IMG/VR virus record: IMGVR_UViG_3300042290_000544
Source of the DNA: a virus
DNA length: 64,000 nucleotides
Reading direction: 5' to 3' (one strand)
The notes beneath the pieces are model-generated. The model was not told where the DNA came from. It did not search any database and worked only from the letters and a program-made list of their open reading frames with translations. The translations under genes and the position numbers were made by a program. The stretch's first letter is position 1. Each line of letters opens with the position of its first letter. Below are positions 10,002-19,186 of the stretch, piece after piece.

Positions 10002-11249
10002 TTAAAGGATTCTGAGGAGCACAATGTCACCATTGATGCGCCCATTTGGTTTTGCAATCTTTGTGGTGAGTTTTTCCCACGCTTTTTCAAGTTGTTTCTC
10101 TGTGCTTCCTACGGCAATAGGAATAAATTCATCGGGCTTGCGGAGACGAATGCAGCGGGAAGACACCTCATCATAGTTCTGGATAGTGGTACCCTTGATA
10201 GTAAACCCAGTGGTTACCGTGCAAACATAGTCAAACAGTACCCGGGTCTTCACATTAAAGGCAAGGAGACGATAGGCTCCGACAATCCGAATAGGATTGA
10301 TGGAGGTAATCTTAAACTCCTCACTGTGCTTGAGGTACTGGAGCTTGGCAATCTGCTTTGTGGCAGCCGTGGGTTTCTTCTCACGTGGAGCCTTTGCCGC
10401 TTTGACACTCGTCTTAAACATCGTTAGATCGTCGACCATCGATGATAGTGCATCAATACGTGCGAGCATCTGCTTCTTGGTATAACAGCTGTAGGCTTCA
10501 GCAAGATACTCGCTGGCACCGGTCTGGGCATCGCTCATTTCCTTAAGTACGTCTTGAAGGTATTCTTCCACAAAGGTACACGCAGCCGCAGGGAGTTCAT
10601 AGTGCTGCATTGATTTGTAGATGGATAAACACTTTACCTCATCACCCGACTTGCACCATTCATCCATAAGCAGCTCAAGGTCCATAATGATGGTCTTGTT
10701 GCACTTTGCCCGAAGACGATCCATGGGAGAAATACCACTTGGTTTTTCGGCTACGATAGTTTGCACGGTATCCTTTTGCTTTGTTTTCTTACCTTCGATG
10801 ATGGCGTTTGCAATGGCTTCTTTTACAAAGATATCGCAGGGTTCAACCTTAGCCGCATCCTCGCGAAGTGTCTTAAGATACTCATTGATACCAGGATGAA
10901 TTGTTGGCATACCTTTATTGAGACACGTGCAAAGTGCACCGGTGGTCATACCAGGAAAGTAGTCGGGTGCAGCTTTTACTGCTGAAATATCTTCCTTGGT
11001 ATAGCCATTGTTACCCATCCATTCCAGAACGGCGGGCTTGGTGTCCTTTGCCGTTAGGTAATAGTTGTAGAAATTAAACAACCGAGAATACTCCTTCCAG
11101 AATTGTTCCACTGGCCAGGTCTCCCAACCATCCCAGATTGGTTCTTCGCCGGTATAACGAGAGTCGACCGCAGCAACGCCATTTCCCGACTTGCGCCCTT
11201 TCTTGCGGTTCTTTGCCGCAGCAGCTTTCAGAATGTGTTCGACAGACAT
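10002..11249 (-). CDS. Conserved hypothetical protein of T4-like phages
   Basis: Likely start MSVEHILK; GFTIKGTTI, LRKP and PNGRIN.D..LL C-terminal motifs. Confidence 0.7.
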   Translation of the reverse strand: MSVEHILKAAAAKNRKKGRKSGNGVAAVDSRYTGEEPIWDGWETWPVEQFWKEYSRLFNFYNYYLTAKDTKPAVLEWMGNNGYTKEDISAVKAAPDYFPGMTTGALCTCLNKGMPTIHPGINEYLKTLREDAAKVEPCDIFVKEAIANAIIEGKKTKQKDTVQTIVAEKPSGISPMDRLRAKCNKTIIMDLELLMDEWCKSGDEVKCLSIYKSMQHYELPAAACTFVEEYLQDVLKEMSDAQTGASEYLAEAYSCYTKKQMLARIDALSSMVDDLTMFKTSVKAAKAPREKKPTAATKQIAKLQYLKHSEEFKITSINPIRIVGAYRLLAFNVKTRVLFDYVCTVTTGFTIKGTTIQNYDEVSSRCIRLRKPDEFIPIAVGSTEKQLEKAWEKLTTKIAKPNGRINGDIVLLRIL

Positions 11250-11250
11250 A

Positions 11251-11508
11251 TTAGAGGGTCTCAATAGAGGTAACCGAATCAACTCGGAACGAGCGCCAAC
11301 CATCATTCTCAATGTCGTAGACGCGAACGGCATCTTCCGACAGATTTAGCTTCTTCTCACCCTTGGGCCAATGGTCCTCTGGAATAAAACGAGCATCCAG
11401 AGTTCCGCGGAGTGCCCGAGCCGTACCATCAACCTTAGTAAAGTTGATCAGCACCAGCTTATTATTTTGCAGCGTATCCTTGATTTCAGCGTATGTGTAT
11501 TTTTTCAT
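11251..11508 (-). CDS. WYL_2/DUF2693-like Sm/SH3 beta-barrel protein
   Basis: FTKVDG..R...GTL and VYD.E..GWRSFR motifs. Confidence 0.75.
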   Translation of the reverse strand: MKKYTYAEIKDTLQNNKLVLINFTKVDGTARALRGTLDARFIPEDHWPKGEKKLNLSEDAVRVYDIENDGWRSFRVDSVTSIETL

Positions 11509-11551
11509 TATGTAGATATATTAAAGTGAAGTCGGTCGAATGTAAACAACA

Positions 11552-11676
11552 AAAGCATCGTTTCAAAGGAGCCTACTCAAAGAAGATTCTTTATAAAAGA
11601 TAAACCACCATAAGTGGTCGTAATTGATCGATGATCTACTTCTGAGTGAAAGTAAGCTCTTTTGAAACGATGCTTT
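11552..11676 (-). ncRNA. Candidate ~125-nt structured ncRNA
   Basis: 21-bp terminal inverted repeat with one mismatch enclosing small hairpins; late-promoter-like AATAAATA just upstream on the minus strand. Confidence 0.5.
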
Positions 11677-11715
11677 CAGAGGTTATTTATTACTTTAGGT
11701 TTTTGTAATCTGATA

Positions 11716-12099
11716 TTAGGCCATTACTAGCCGATATTTCACACCATCTACCTCAACAAACTTACCTTCACAAGATGATTTTGGCTTGGGTTTAGTGTAT
11801 TCGTTGAACTCTTTTTCGGTCATTTTTTTATCATCCACCCACCACGCTTTATAACCATTGGCACATTCAATAGCTGGTCCATCAAGGCGATGGAGTTTAC
11901 CATCAATATACCATGATTTAGAGCCATCGGCACATTCAACAGCAGGACCATCAAGGCGATGACGTTCGCCATCAACATACCATTCTTTAGAGCCATTAGG
12001 CCATTCAAAAGCTGGACCATCAAGGCGATGAAGTTCCTCTTTATCGTTATACCAACGAATGTTTTTATTTTCGTCAACAGTTACTTTATAAGTTTGCAT
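11716..12099 (-). CDS. HRLDGPA-repeat protein, paralog of 9620-9997
   Basis: Same N-terminus, repeats and EKEFNEYTKPKP tail. Confidence 0.85.
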   Translation of the reverse strand: MQTYKVTVDENKNIRWYNDKEELHRLDGPAFEWPNGSKEWYVDGERHRLDGPAVECADGSKSWYIDGKLHRLDGPAIECANGYKAWWVDDKKMTEKEFNEYTKPKPKSSCEGKFVEVDGVKYRLVMA

Positions 12100-12107
12100 T
12101 TTATAGA

Positions 12108-12545
12108 TTATTTAAGGTTTTTGTAGACCTTGGCCCAATAGGCTTCCAGATTCTTTTGCTTGGTGTCCGAAATCGGAGCCGCCACACGGCGCCAAGAACT
12201 ACCGCCACCGTTCCAAATAAAACCAAGCTCTTTTTCGGTTGCTTTACGGTTCATGGTTTTTTCAATGTGTTTTGAGTAGAAATTCAGAACGCCTCTGGCG
12301 ACCTCCCGAGAGGTAATTTCGTCGAACATGTCAGCATGTCTGTAATTCTTACCGGTGATACGGTTAAAGTCCTTGACCATCACATCATGAATCTGAAGGA
12401 TTCCAAAGGCCTTACCGCGGTCACCGATGGCAGCGGCATTGCCGTTACTTTCGGTACGAACGAGGGCTTCCACCAAGCGGTCGATATTTTGACCCGAAAC
12501 AGTCGCGGTAAGAGCAAGAATTGCCAAGATGTGTTTGACTTTCAT
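12108..12545 (-). CDS. Secreted lysozyme-like / lytic transglycosylase
   Basis: Signal peptide; ES.G...A.GD.G...G.LQI and WNGG motifs. Confidence 0.75.
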   Translation of the reverse strand: MKVKHILAILALTATVSGQNIDRLVEALVRTESNGNAAAIGDRGKAFGILQIHDVMVKDFNRITGKNYRHADMFDEITSREVARGVLNFYSKHIEKTMNRKATEKELGFIWNGGGSSWRRVAAPISDTKQKNLEAYWAKVYKNLK

Positions 12546-12612
12546 TATGATACAATCATAAACAAAACCACGCGGAAGTAAATCAAATAGATTGTCCTAA
12601 GCGATTGATTAG
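12543..12612 (-). promoter_or_regulatory. Repeated early promoter cassette
   Basis: IHF-like AATCAATCGCTTA, then TTTAC -35, TATGAT -10, 9 nt, ATG. Related copies at ~12838, 22886, 25473, 27570, 29103, 35446, 35716, 40005, 41981, 42417, 42659 and 42972. Confidence 0.75.
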
Positions 12613-12627
12613 CAACAACCGTTGTTT

Positions 12628-12840
12628 TTAGTTACGATCAAAGCCGGTGAAAGCCTGAACCATAGGGTTCCAACACACATCCATCTTCATCTGAGCAAAT
12701 TCTAATTGAAAGGTCACCGTCCAAGTATTGAATCTTGGGTTGCTGAGTTTGCCTTTTCGAATGACTGTGGCCTTGACGTCGTCACCCATAGAGTAAACAG
12801 TAATTATGTCGCCGACATTTGGATTTGGTACGTTATTCAT
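12628..12840 (-). CDS. Hypothetical early protein
   Basis: ORF directly behind a promoter cassette. Confidence 0.6.
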   Translation of the reverse strand: MNNVPNPNVGDIITVYSMGDDVKATVIRKGKLSNPRFNTWTVTFQLEFAQMKMDVCWNPMVQAFTGFDRN

Positions 12841-12913
12841 TATGATACAATCCTACAACATTCCAGCTAAAAGTAAATCAAATAGAATGACCTAAGTGAT
12901 TACCAATCAACAA

Positions 12914-14953
12914 TCATTTAGAATTTGCACGGAAAACACCATCCCAGAGCGGTCCAGGATCGGCTTTTTCGAGGTCATCTATACGTTCTATCATCATGTC
13001 GTAGTAATCACTTAGAAAAGTCATATGTGATTTTAGATCAACGGCTAATGCACGTGCCTTGGTCCATTCTCTGGCACGGTAGAAATCGAGAAATTTGTCG
13101 TGGGAATCTGAATAGACGCGCGTACCCTTATCAAATACGGTATAAATCTTCACGCCTTCCTTCTTACCCTTTACCGCGATGCAATCAAGTTCCAGCGTGG
13201 GATACACGTCCTTCACATATTCTCGGGTGATGGGACCAATTACAAATTTCACGCCGTACGGTTTCGACTGACCTTCCAGGCGAGAGGCAAGATTCACCGA
13301 ATCTCCGAGGCAGGTATAGTCGAAGCGTTGAGTCGAGCCCATATTACCCACAACAACGGTACCAGTATTCACGCCAAGACCCATTCCGAATGCCGGGATA
13401 CCTTCCTTCATTACCTCATCGTTGAATGCCTTGAGACTTCCCAGCATTGTAAGACCCGTTTCAACTGCGTGTAAAGCATGGTCCTTATCATCAAGTGGTG
13501 CGTTCCAGAAAGCCATCTGAGCATCACCAATGTACTTATCCAGGGTCCCTTGGCTATCCAGAATGGCCTGTGTCATTGCCGTCATATACCGATTCATAAT
13601 CTTCGTGAGACCCTGAACGTCTTTTCCGTAGTGTTCGGAGATTGCGGTAAAGCCACGAACATCGGTAAACATAATGGATAGTTCTCTTGACTCACCACCC
13701 AGTTGTAGAAGGTCGGGATTCTTTTGCAGTTTCTCAACCATGGCCGGAGATAGGTACGTGCCAAACTGTTTCTTGATCTGCTGTTTTAATTTAAACTCCA
13801 TGACGAACCGCATGAAGAGTGAACCTGCCCATACAAGGGATGACGTACCCACAATCCAGGTATAGTCGGCAAGGAGTCCTTTATCGAATAAATGAAAGCC
13901 GTAATACACTGGAAGGCATACGGCAATAAGATAGATGCCAAGATTCAAGGCATAGCCCAAAAAGGAGATTGCTCCGATTAGAATAAGTGCTGCGCCTACG
14001 CCGATTGCAATTTCATATAGATCAAATTCTGCGCGGCGTTCAAGTCGGTTACCATCAAGAAGCATCTGAAGAGTCTGAAGGCTGAGTTCGTGTCCGTACG
14101 CCGTACCCAATGGAGTCGCAACGGTATTTGCAAGCCCCTCGGCCGTAAGGGCGATCACTACAATCTTGTCCTTCACGTGCCATTCATCATCGGTGTATGG
14201 AACTGATTTAAAGGTATATTTAAAATTGATCCAGACCCGACCATTGCCATCGGTCTTAATTGGAGAGGTACCCGGAACTCGAATGGCAGACACACCCGAT
14301 TCTGTAACCTTGACCTGGAAGCTGGGTTGATCGCCAAAGACGCGGAGAATTTCCAGTGGCATTGTGGGATACTTTTCCTTTTCAATCTGAATCATGAGCG
14401 GTAATCTACGCACCACACCATCAAGCTCCGGAGCCGTCAGCAACATACCCACGCCCGCGGAAGCCTCACCGATTTCCTTTAAAGGTCCGATCGCCGCTGG
14501 GTAATCAAATAGCCAGTCATCCGTGGTGCCGCCGATTGTTGCAACGCCTCTTGGAATTGGAACGCCCTTACCCTTTAATGAAGCTGATTGGCCTGTAATG
14601 ACGGGCGACTGACTCAGCATCTCAACGAATTCTTTATCTCCACCCAAACGGTCGGGCTCAGCAAAAATGATGGGTAACACAACACCGGTGGCGCCTGACT
14701 CCATGGCTTTTCTGATTGCGCCTGCCAGTTCGGTACGCTTCCATGGCCACTGTCCGTTCTTTTCCAGCGCCTTTTCATCAATTTCCACGATTACAATGTT
14801 ATCCGATACCACCTTGTCCTGCTCTCGTTGATAGTAATCCAGACCCTTGAGACGCATTACCTCAATGGGATATGGGTTGGTAATACGGAGACCCACAGCA
14901 ACCGTGAGAAGCATAAGACCAACAAGAAGGATTCTGAATGTGTGTTTGTTCAT
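12914..14953 (-). CDS. CHASE2-domain membrane adenylate/guanylate cyclase (class III)
   Basis: IDEKAL...GQWPW.R and DGVVRR (CHASE2), 3 TM helices, FTDVRGFT, DKYIGDA.MAFW, GNMGS..RFDYT.LGD.VNLASRLE. Confidence 0.95.
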   Translation of the reverse strand: MNKHTFRILLVGLMLLTVAVGLRITNPYPIEVMRLKGLDYYQREQDKVVSDNIVIVEIDEKALEKNGQWPWKRTELAGAIRKAMESGATGVVLPIIFAEPDRLGGDKEFVEMLSQSPVITGQSASLKGKGVPIPRGVATIGGTTDDWLFDYPAAIGPLKEIGEASAGVGMLLTAPELDGVVRRLPLMIQIEKEKYPTMPLEILRVFGDQPSFQVKVTESGVSAIRVPGTSPIKTDGNGRVWINFKYTFKSVPYTDDEWHVKDKIVVIALTAEGLANTVATPLGTAYGHELSLQTLQMLLDGNRLERRAEFDLYEIAIGVGAALILIGAISFLGYALNLGIYLIAVCLPVYYGFHLFDKGLLADYTWIVGTSSLVWAGSLFMRFVMEFKLKQQIKKQFGTYLSPAMVEKLQKNPDLLQLGGESRELSIMFTDVRGFTAISEHYGKDVQGLTKIMNRYMTAMTQAILDSQGTLDKYIGDAQMAFWNAPLDDKDHALHAVETGLTMLGSLKAFNDEVMKEGIPAFGMGLGVNTGTVVVGNMGSTQRFDYTCLGDSVNLASRLEGQSKPYGVKFVIGPITREYVKDVYPTLELDCIAVKGKKEGVKIYTVFDKGTRVYSDSHDKFLDFYRAREWTKARALAVDLKSHMTFLSDYYDMMIERIDDLEKADPGPLWDGVFRANSK

Positions 14954-16104
14954 TTCTGAATGATGTTTACTTTAAGTTTGTCTCCGAAGTTGAGTGGGTA
15001 TACCGTTGTCCCATTGGAGTCGGTAATCTTAAATGTTGCGCTTGTGTCGGCTTTTAATTTATACTGAATAGTCCCTTTGGATGTCGAGAGATTCATTATA
15101 GCGTTTGTACCGTCGGTTGTAAATCCATTATTGACGGTGGCGGTGACAATAAGAGTGGGTAATGTATTTGTCGGTGTTGCAACGGTGACCTCTGGATTCT
15201 TGGAGATAACCTCTGCTACGGCTTGCAGTATTTCTGGTTGCATTGCCTTTACATCAATAATGGCGGTTTTAGTTTCCTCAATAGGGCTTTCTTCAGCCTT
15301 AACCTGAGTAGCCGCACTAGGCTCGACCTGAGAAACCGCAGTAGGGGAATCGCTCTTGCCGCTTGATTTTTTGTTTGGTTTATCATCTACGGAATCCGAT
15401 GTATTTGCCTGTGTCTGTTTCTTTGCTTCTTTGACGGCACCAGTGACGGGTTTTGGAGTTTCAACGAGAATTAGATTATTGATTTTGCTTTCATCCTGGA
15501 AATTAAGTACAACGGGATTTGTAGGAACGGACTGCATTGACGCGATAAAGGTCGCCTGATATGCCTGAGTCATAAGGACACTACCCGCTGCATTTGAAAC
15601 CTCGATTACACCTACGATGCCCGGTGTCGCGCTATACTCGGGGCGTGAAGGTAACAGAATGACAAGACTCTTACCATCCTCCGAAACCGTCATTGAGAAG
15701 TCGGTACCGCGAACAGAAATCTTTGCCGTAGGAGTTTGGACCTTAATGTTTTCTCTGCTGTTCTTTGCAATCATGCCCGACGCATAACGAACGGTACCAA
15801 ACGCCGTCTTCATTCCGACCTTACCCTTACCACTTGCAGGATCATATACAAACTCATCAATCTTGAGCTTCGAGAACTCGGTTATCTGCATCAATGTATT
15901 ATCTTCAAATGTAATGGATACCCGAGCCTTTAATGTCTCAATGGTATCATACTGTTCTATCTCGGTTCCGATCTTACCTTCCAGCCTATCATTACCACGA
16001 ACAATCTGAGTGGGTCCGGTAACCTCGGTCAGTTTTCCGACCGAGGCACCGGCTTCAGATACAAAAATAGCCGCAATCAAAAACAGTACTGCGGCTATGC
16101 GCAT
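14950..16104 (-). CDS. FecR-domain periplasmic protein
   Basis: Signal peptide; I.F.D.T and TPTA.I.VRGTDF FecR motifs. Confidence 0.88.
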   Translation of the reverse strand: MRIAAVLFLIAAIFVSEAGASVGKLTEVTGPTQIVRGNDRLEGKIGTEIEQYDTIETLKARVSITFEDNTLMQITEFSKLKIDEFVYDPASGKGKVGMKTAFGTVRYASGMIAKNSRENIKVQTPTAKISVRGTDFSMTVSEDGKSLVILLPSRPEYSATPGIVGVIEVSNAAGSVLMTQAYQATFIASMQSVPTNPVVLNFQDESKINNLILVETPKPVTGAVKEAKKQTQANTSDSVDDKPNKKSSGKSDSPTAVSQVEPSAATQVKAEESPIEETKTAIIDVKAMQPEILQAVAEVISKNPEVTVATPTNTLPTLIVTATVNNGFTTDGTNAIMNLSTSKGTIQYKLKADTSATFKITDSNGTTVYPLNFGDKLKVNIIQK

Positions 16105-16107
16105 ACA

Positions 16108-16908
16108 TTAGGGAGTCGGAGGCGAGATGGTCGCAGTTGGATTTGCTGCACCATAGTTTGATGTACCCGTGGTCATAATCGGAGCAGCAGCCGTTGTGGT
16201 CTGGATAATCTTAACGGTATTGTTGCTACCAGTTAAGCTATAGACGAGGGTCTGTTGTTCCACACCAGCCTGATAGACGGTGAGGTTGTTCGTGCTACCC
16301 AGGATGGTAATATCTTGAAAATGCCCACCTTTCTGAGTCGACGCGCCGACGCTTCCGATCTGAGTAGATTTAACAATGTTTGAATTACCAGTAATGTTGT
16401 AATCAATCCAGTTGTATGAAGCATTCTCGAATCCTAATTTCAGTGTATTTGAGTTACCAACTACGTCGATGGTCACATCGCTGTTCGCAATGGTCGCCTT
16501 CGATGTATTGTTATCGGAGGTGTGATCAACGCTTACATCCTTATTCACGGTGAGTGAATTTGTGTTTCCGACCAATGACACATTGAATGTATTGCTGGCA
16601 CCGTCCATGAAGTATTTCTGGGTGTTCGCATTACCGGTAACAACTGAAAGTAAGCTCAGATTGTTGGCTCCGATAATAGAGAAATCAGTATTGTTGTTGT
16701 CTCCCATCTGGCGTGTTTCAAAGGTGATATTGTCACCCGTAATGTTGCTTGGTGTTCCAGACGAGCCAATTTTATTCAGGCTACCGACCTGAATAAGGGT
16801 TGTGGTACCCGCGGTTGTGATCTGATTGACATAGATTTGATTCTGAGCAAAGGCTGGAGTGAATAGCATAAGCCCAAGAATGAATCCTAGTATTAGTTTT
16901 GTTTTCAT
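16108..16908 (-). CDS. Secreted curlin-like beta-solenoid protein (CsgA/CsgB-like)
   Basis: Signal peptide; Asn/Gln/Thr-rich QxGxxN / GxxN repeats; adjacent to csgG. Confidence 0.7.
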   Translation of the reverse strand: MKTKLILGFILGLMLFTPAFAQNQIYVNQITTAGTTTLIQVGSLNKIGSSGTPSNITGDNITFETRQMGDNNNTDFSIIGANNLSLLSVVTGNANTQKYFMDGASNTFNVSLVGNTNSLTVNKDVSVDHTSDNNTSKATIANSDVTIDVVGNSNTLKLGFENASYNWIDYNITGNSNIVKSTQIGSVGASTQKGGHFQDITILGSTNNLTVYQAGVEQQTLVYSLTGSNNTVKIIQTTTAAAPIMTTGTSNYGAANPTATISPPTP

Positions 16909-17720
16909 TTCTTTTTAGCGTTATTGTTGGTTGCGTCTTTGAATTGCCAAAGACCTGCTGTTTGCCCCTGCTTAATAATTTCAATTACTGCCTGATCAAT
17001 AGCGCTCCGTACGGCAATGCCATTCGGTTCATTTGCAGTGAGACCAAGTTCTGACTCAATCGGGGTTGTTCCGTGATCATAAAATTTAAATAAATTGCCC
17101 GAGAGGGCAATACTCGTAATGGTTTTAGTAACAGCCACGCTCAGTAGGACCTCTCCTGTTTGAACGCTTACAAGCCTCAGTGACACTGTTACTACGTCCT
17201 TACGATATTGAGTGCTACCGGAGATACCAAGAACACTGGCGCCCGCGCCTCCCGTAAGGATATTGCTATCATATCCGATGATGCCGCCTTGCGCTATAAT
17301 GCCGGCAAATAACATCGGAGTGAGTTTCTCGGCGTCTTTACCGAGGAAAGTTTCTCTTGTCTGTGAAATGAGTTGGCGTTCCTTAATAATGTCATCAAGG
17401 CTTGCACGTTCAAGTACCTGAAACCACGTGCCATTACTTGCAAGACGTAATGCATCGATGAGCCAACTCTCCGCGCCCTGCGTGACGGCAGAAGAGAATG
17501 TGGCATACGCGTCTGCGGTCTTTCTCTGTCCCGTCTTATCCGCAAAGCCATAGACTGCAATTGTCATCCGAGGACCATCAATTGGTGGAAGCTCCGATAG
17601 CTGCTTTGCCAATGGGGATATCTGGACCTTGGGTATCTCGAGGATGGTGGGCTTGGATGGTACCGAAGCACAACCCCCGAACAACAGAGACAGTAAGAGT
17701 ATGGAAATAAATTTTACCAT
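16905..17720 (-). CDS. csgG: Curli secretion channel lipoprotein CsgG
   Basis: Lipobox FGGC; AVY.F.DKTGQRK, S.AVTQGA, WF.VLER..L....KERQ and GGIIGYDSN motifs. Confidence 0.95.
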   Translation of the reverse strand: MVKFISILLLSLLFGGCASVPSKPTILEIPKVQISPLAKQLSELPPIDGPRMTIAVYGFADKTGQRKTADAYATFSSAVTQGAESWLIDALRLASNGTWFQVLERASLDDIIKERQLISQTRETFLGKDAEKLTPMLFAGIIAQGGIIGYDSNILTGGAGASVLGISGSTQYRKDVVTVSLRLVSVQTGEVLLSVAVTKTITSIALSGNLFKFYDHGTTPIESELGLTANEPNGIAVRSAIDQAVIEIIKQGQTAGLWQFKDATNNNAKKK

Positions 17721-17723
17721 TGA

Positions 17724-18182
17724 TTAGCCGCCGGCGGGTTTCAATGTTCCCACAGGAACCTGAATCGTCGTAGTATTACCGGTTGCAGGATCAACAATGT
17801 AAAGAGTCACCATATCACCATTTTTTTGCCAGGTGACTGTCGATCCGCCCTGAAGATTAATGATACCAAAGTTGGCTCCATCCGAGTTAAAGATGGCATC
17901 CGTGACCTGAGATGCTAGTTGAGAATAGATTCGAGCCTGCAGGTTATTAATGAATGCATTGAGCGGTGTATTTTGCGCCGCCACTTTTGCAGTTTCAGCG
18001 TCTGCTTTTGCTTGATCTTTGAATGATTGCTTTCGGGTGCGTGCAAGGTTTTCAATGGTGATTTGATGAGAAGAAAATCCAACGCCGTTAAACATTGGAG
18101 ACTTAAAACCATGCACCATATCCGATGCAAAGACAACCTTAAACAGGAGGGCGAGGAGTAGGAATAGTAGCAGGTTTTTCAT
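17724..18182 (-). CDS. csgF: Curli assembly protein CsgF
   Basis: Signal peptide; F.SP.F.G, F..NLQ.RIYSQL and G.TT.I.VP motifs. Confidence 0.85.
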   Translation of the reverse strand: MKNLLLFLLLALLFKVVFASDMVHGFKSPMFNGVGFSSHQITIENLARTRKQSFKDQAKADAETAKVAAQNTPLNAFINNLQARIYSQLASQVTDAIFNSDGANFGIINLQGGSTVTWQKNGDMVTLYIVDPATGNTTTIQVPVGTLKPAGG

Positions 18183-18453
18183 TGGTGATTGATGCGGTTG
18201 GTACGACATGCGGACCTCCGCGTTGCATTTCGATGGCTGTATTAATCTTTTGCTCCAATCTAATTAGATCATTATCAAGCATACGAATTCGGTCAATCAA
18301 CGCAATCATAGTTTTCTTTGCTTCCGACAGCTCAGAATTAATGTTCTCCGTCACAAATTTCCAAACAAAGTAAATAAAGTAGCCCATACCAGCGGCAGCC
18401 ATCATTGGCATACCGTACTGGTTGATCATCTGTTTTAATTCAATAGGATCCAT
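18139..18453 (-). CDS. Small membrane protein (TM plus coiled coil)
   Basis: YG.P..AA.GMGYFIYFVW and LIDRIRMLDNDLIRL. Confidence 0.7.
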   Translation of the reverse strand: MDPIELKQMINQYGMPMMAAAGMGYFIYFVWKFVTENINSELSEAKKTMIALIDRIRMLDNDLIRLEQKINTAIEMQRGGPHVVPTASITNEKPATIPTPRPPV

Positions 18454-18456
18454 AGT

Positions 18457-18741
18457 TTAATCCTTTCTGGCATCCGTCTTACCATCACTGCGTGCCAGAC
18501 GTTCAAGGTCGACGCGTAATCCGAAACGTGATGAGATGAGTGCATCAATACGAATAAGGTCATTATTCATTGTGCGCACACGGTTGTTCAACATACCGGC
18601 AAGACCATTTAATGATTTCACATCATCCACAACTCCCGCAAGGATATACTTGAGGAGAATGACGATGAAGACGCCGCCAGCAATAACTGCTGCAACAGAG
18701 AATCCAAGGTCCGCAAATGATTTCAGTGTTTCAAAACTCAT
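18457..18741 (-). CDS. Small membrane protein, paralog of the neighbour
   Basis: TM helix and NRVRTMNNDLIRID, resembling DRIRMLDNDLIRL. Confidence 0.7.
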   Translation of the reverse strand: MSFETLKSFADLGFSVAAVIAGGVFIVILLKYILAGVVDDVKSLNGLAGMLNNRVRTMNNDLIRIDALISSRFGLRVDLERLARSDGKTDARKD

Positions 18742-19004
18742 TATCCATTTACAATCTTAGAAATCTTAGATTCAAACTCTTCGATCTTTTTAATACGGTT
18801 GGGCCATTTAATGTATTCCTTCTCTGGGTTCTTCTTCAGATTCTGAAGGAGTGGAAGGATTGCTTGGTATAATCGATTCAGTTTATCTTCGTGATACGCA
18901 GCAGCCTTCTCGGCTACGTCAACTTGTTTTGTTACGTCAAGTTCGTCTTCGGCGATCGTTGTGAAACCAAAGTCAAAGGGGTCTATAGAATTATTTGTGG
19001 CCAT
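18741..19004 (-). CDS. Conserved hypothetical phage protein
   Basis: FDFGFT and PLL.NL.KNPEK.YI.WPNR motifs. Confidence 0.7.
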   Translation of the reverse strand: MATNNSIDPFDFGFTTIAEDELDVTKQVDVAEKAAAYHEDKLNRLYQAILPLLQNLKKNPEKEYIKWPNRIKKIEEFESKISKIVNG

Positions 19005-19186
19005 TGTAATAAGAGTGTAAATAAAAATGCTACCTCATCAATAAAGACAAGGTAGCATTCAGTATTGCTATTTATAAAATAAACAGTTTGTAGTATTACG
19101 GTATTTGAATCCTATGAGACATTATGTTGAATAGAGATACATTATAACGTATCTAAGCAGAATGTAAACAATAAAGCGCCGTCGTA

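Noticed and set aside
9620-12099. Diversity-generating retroelement TR/VR pair
   Set aside because: Differences are not adenine-specific, both copies are full ORFs, and there is no reverse transcriptase in the window.
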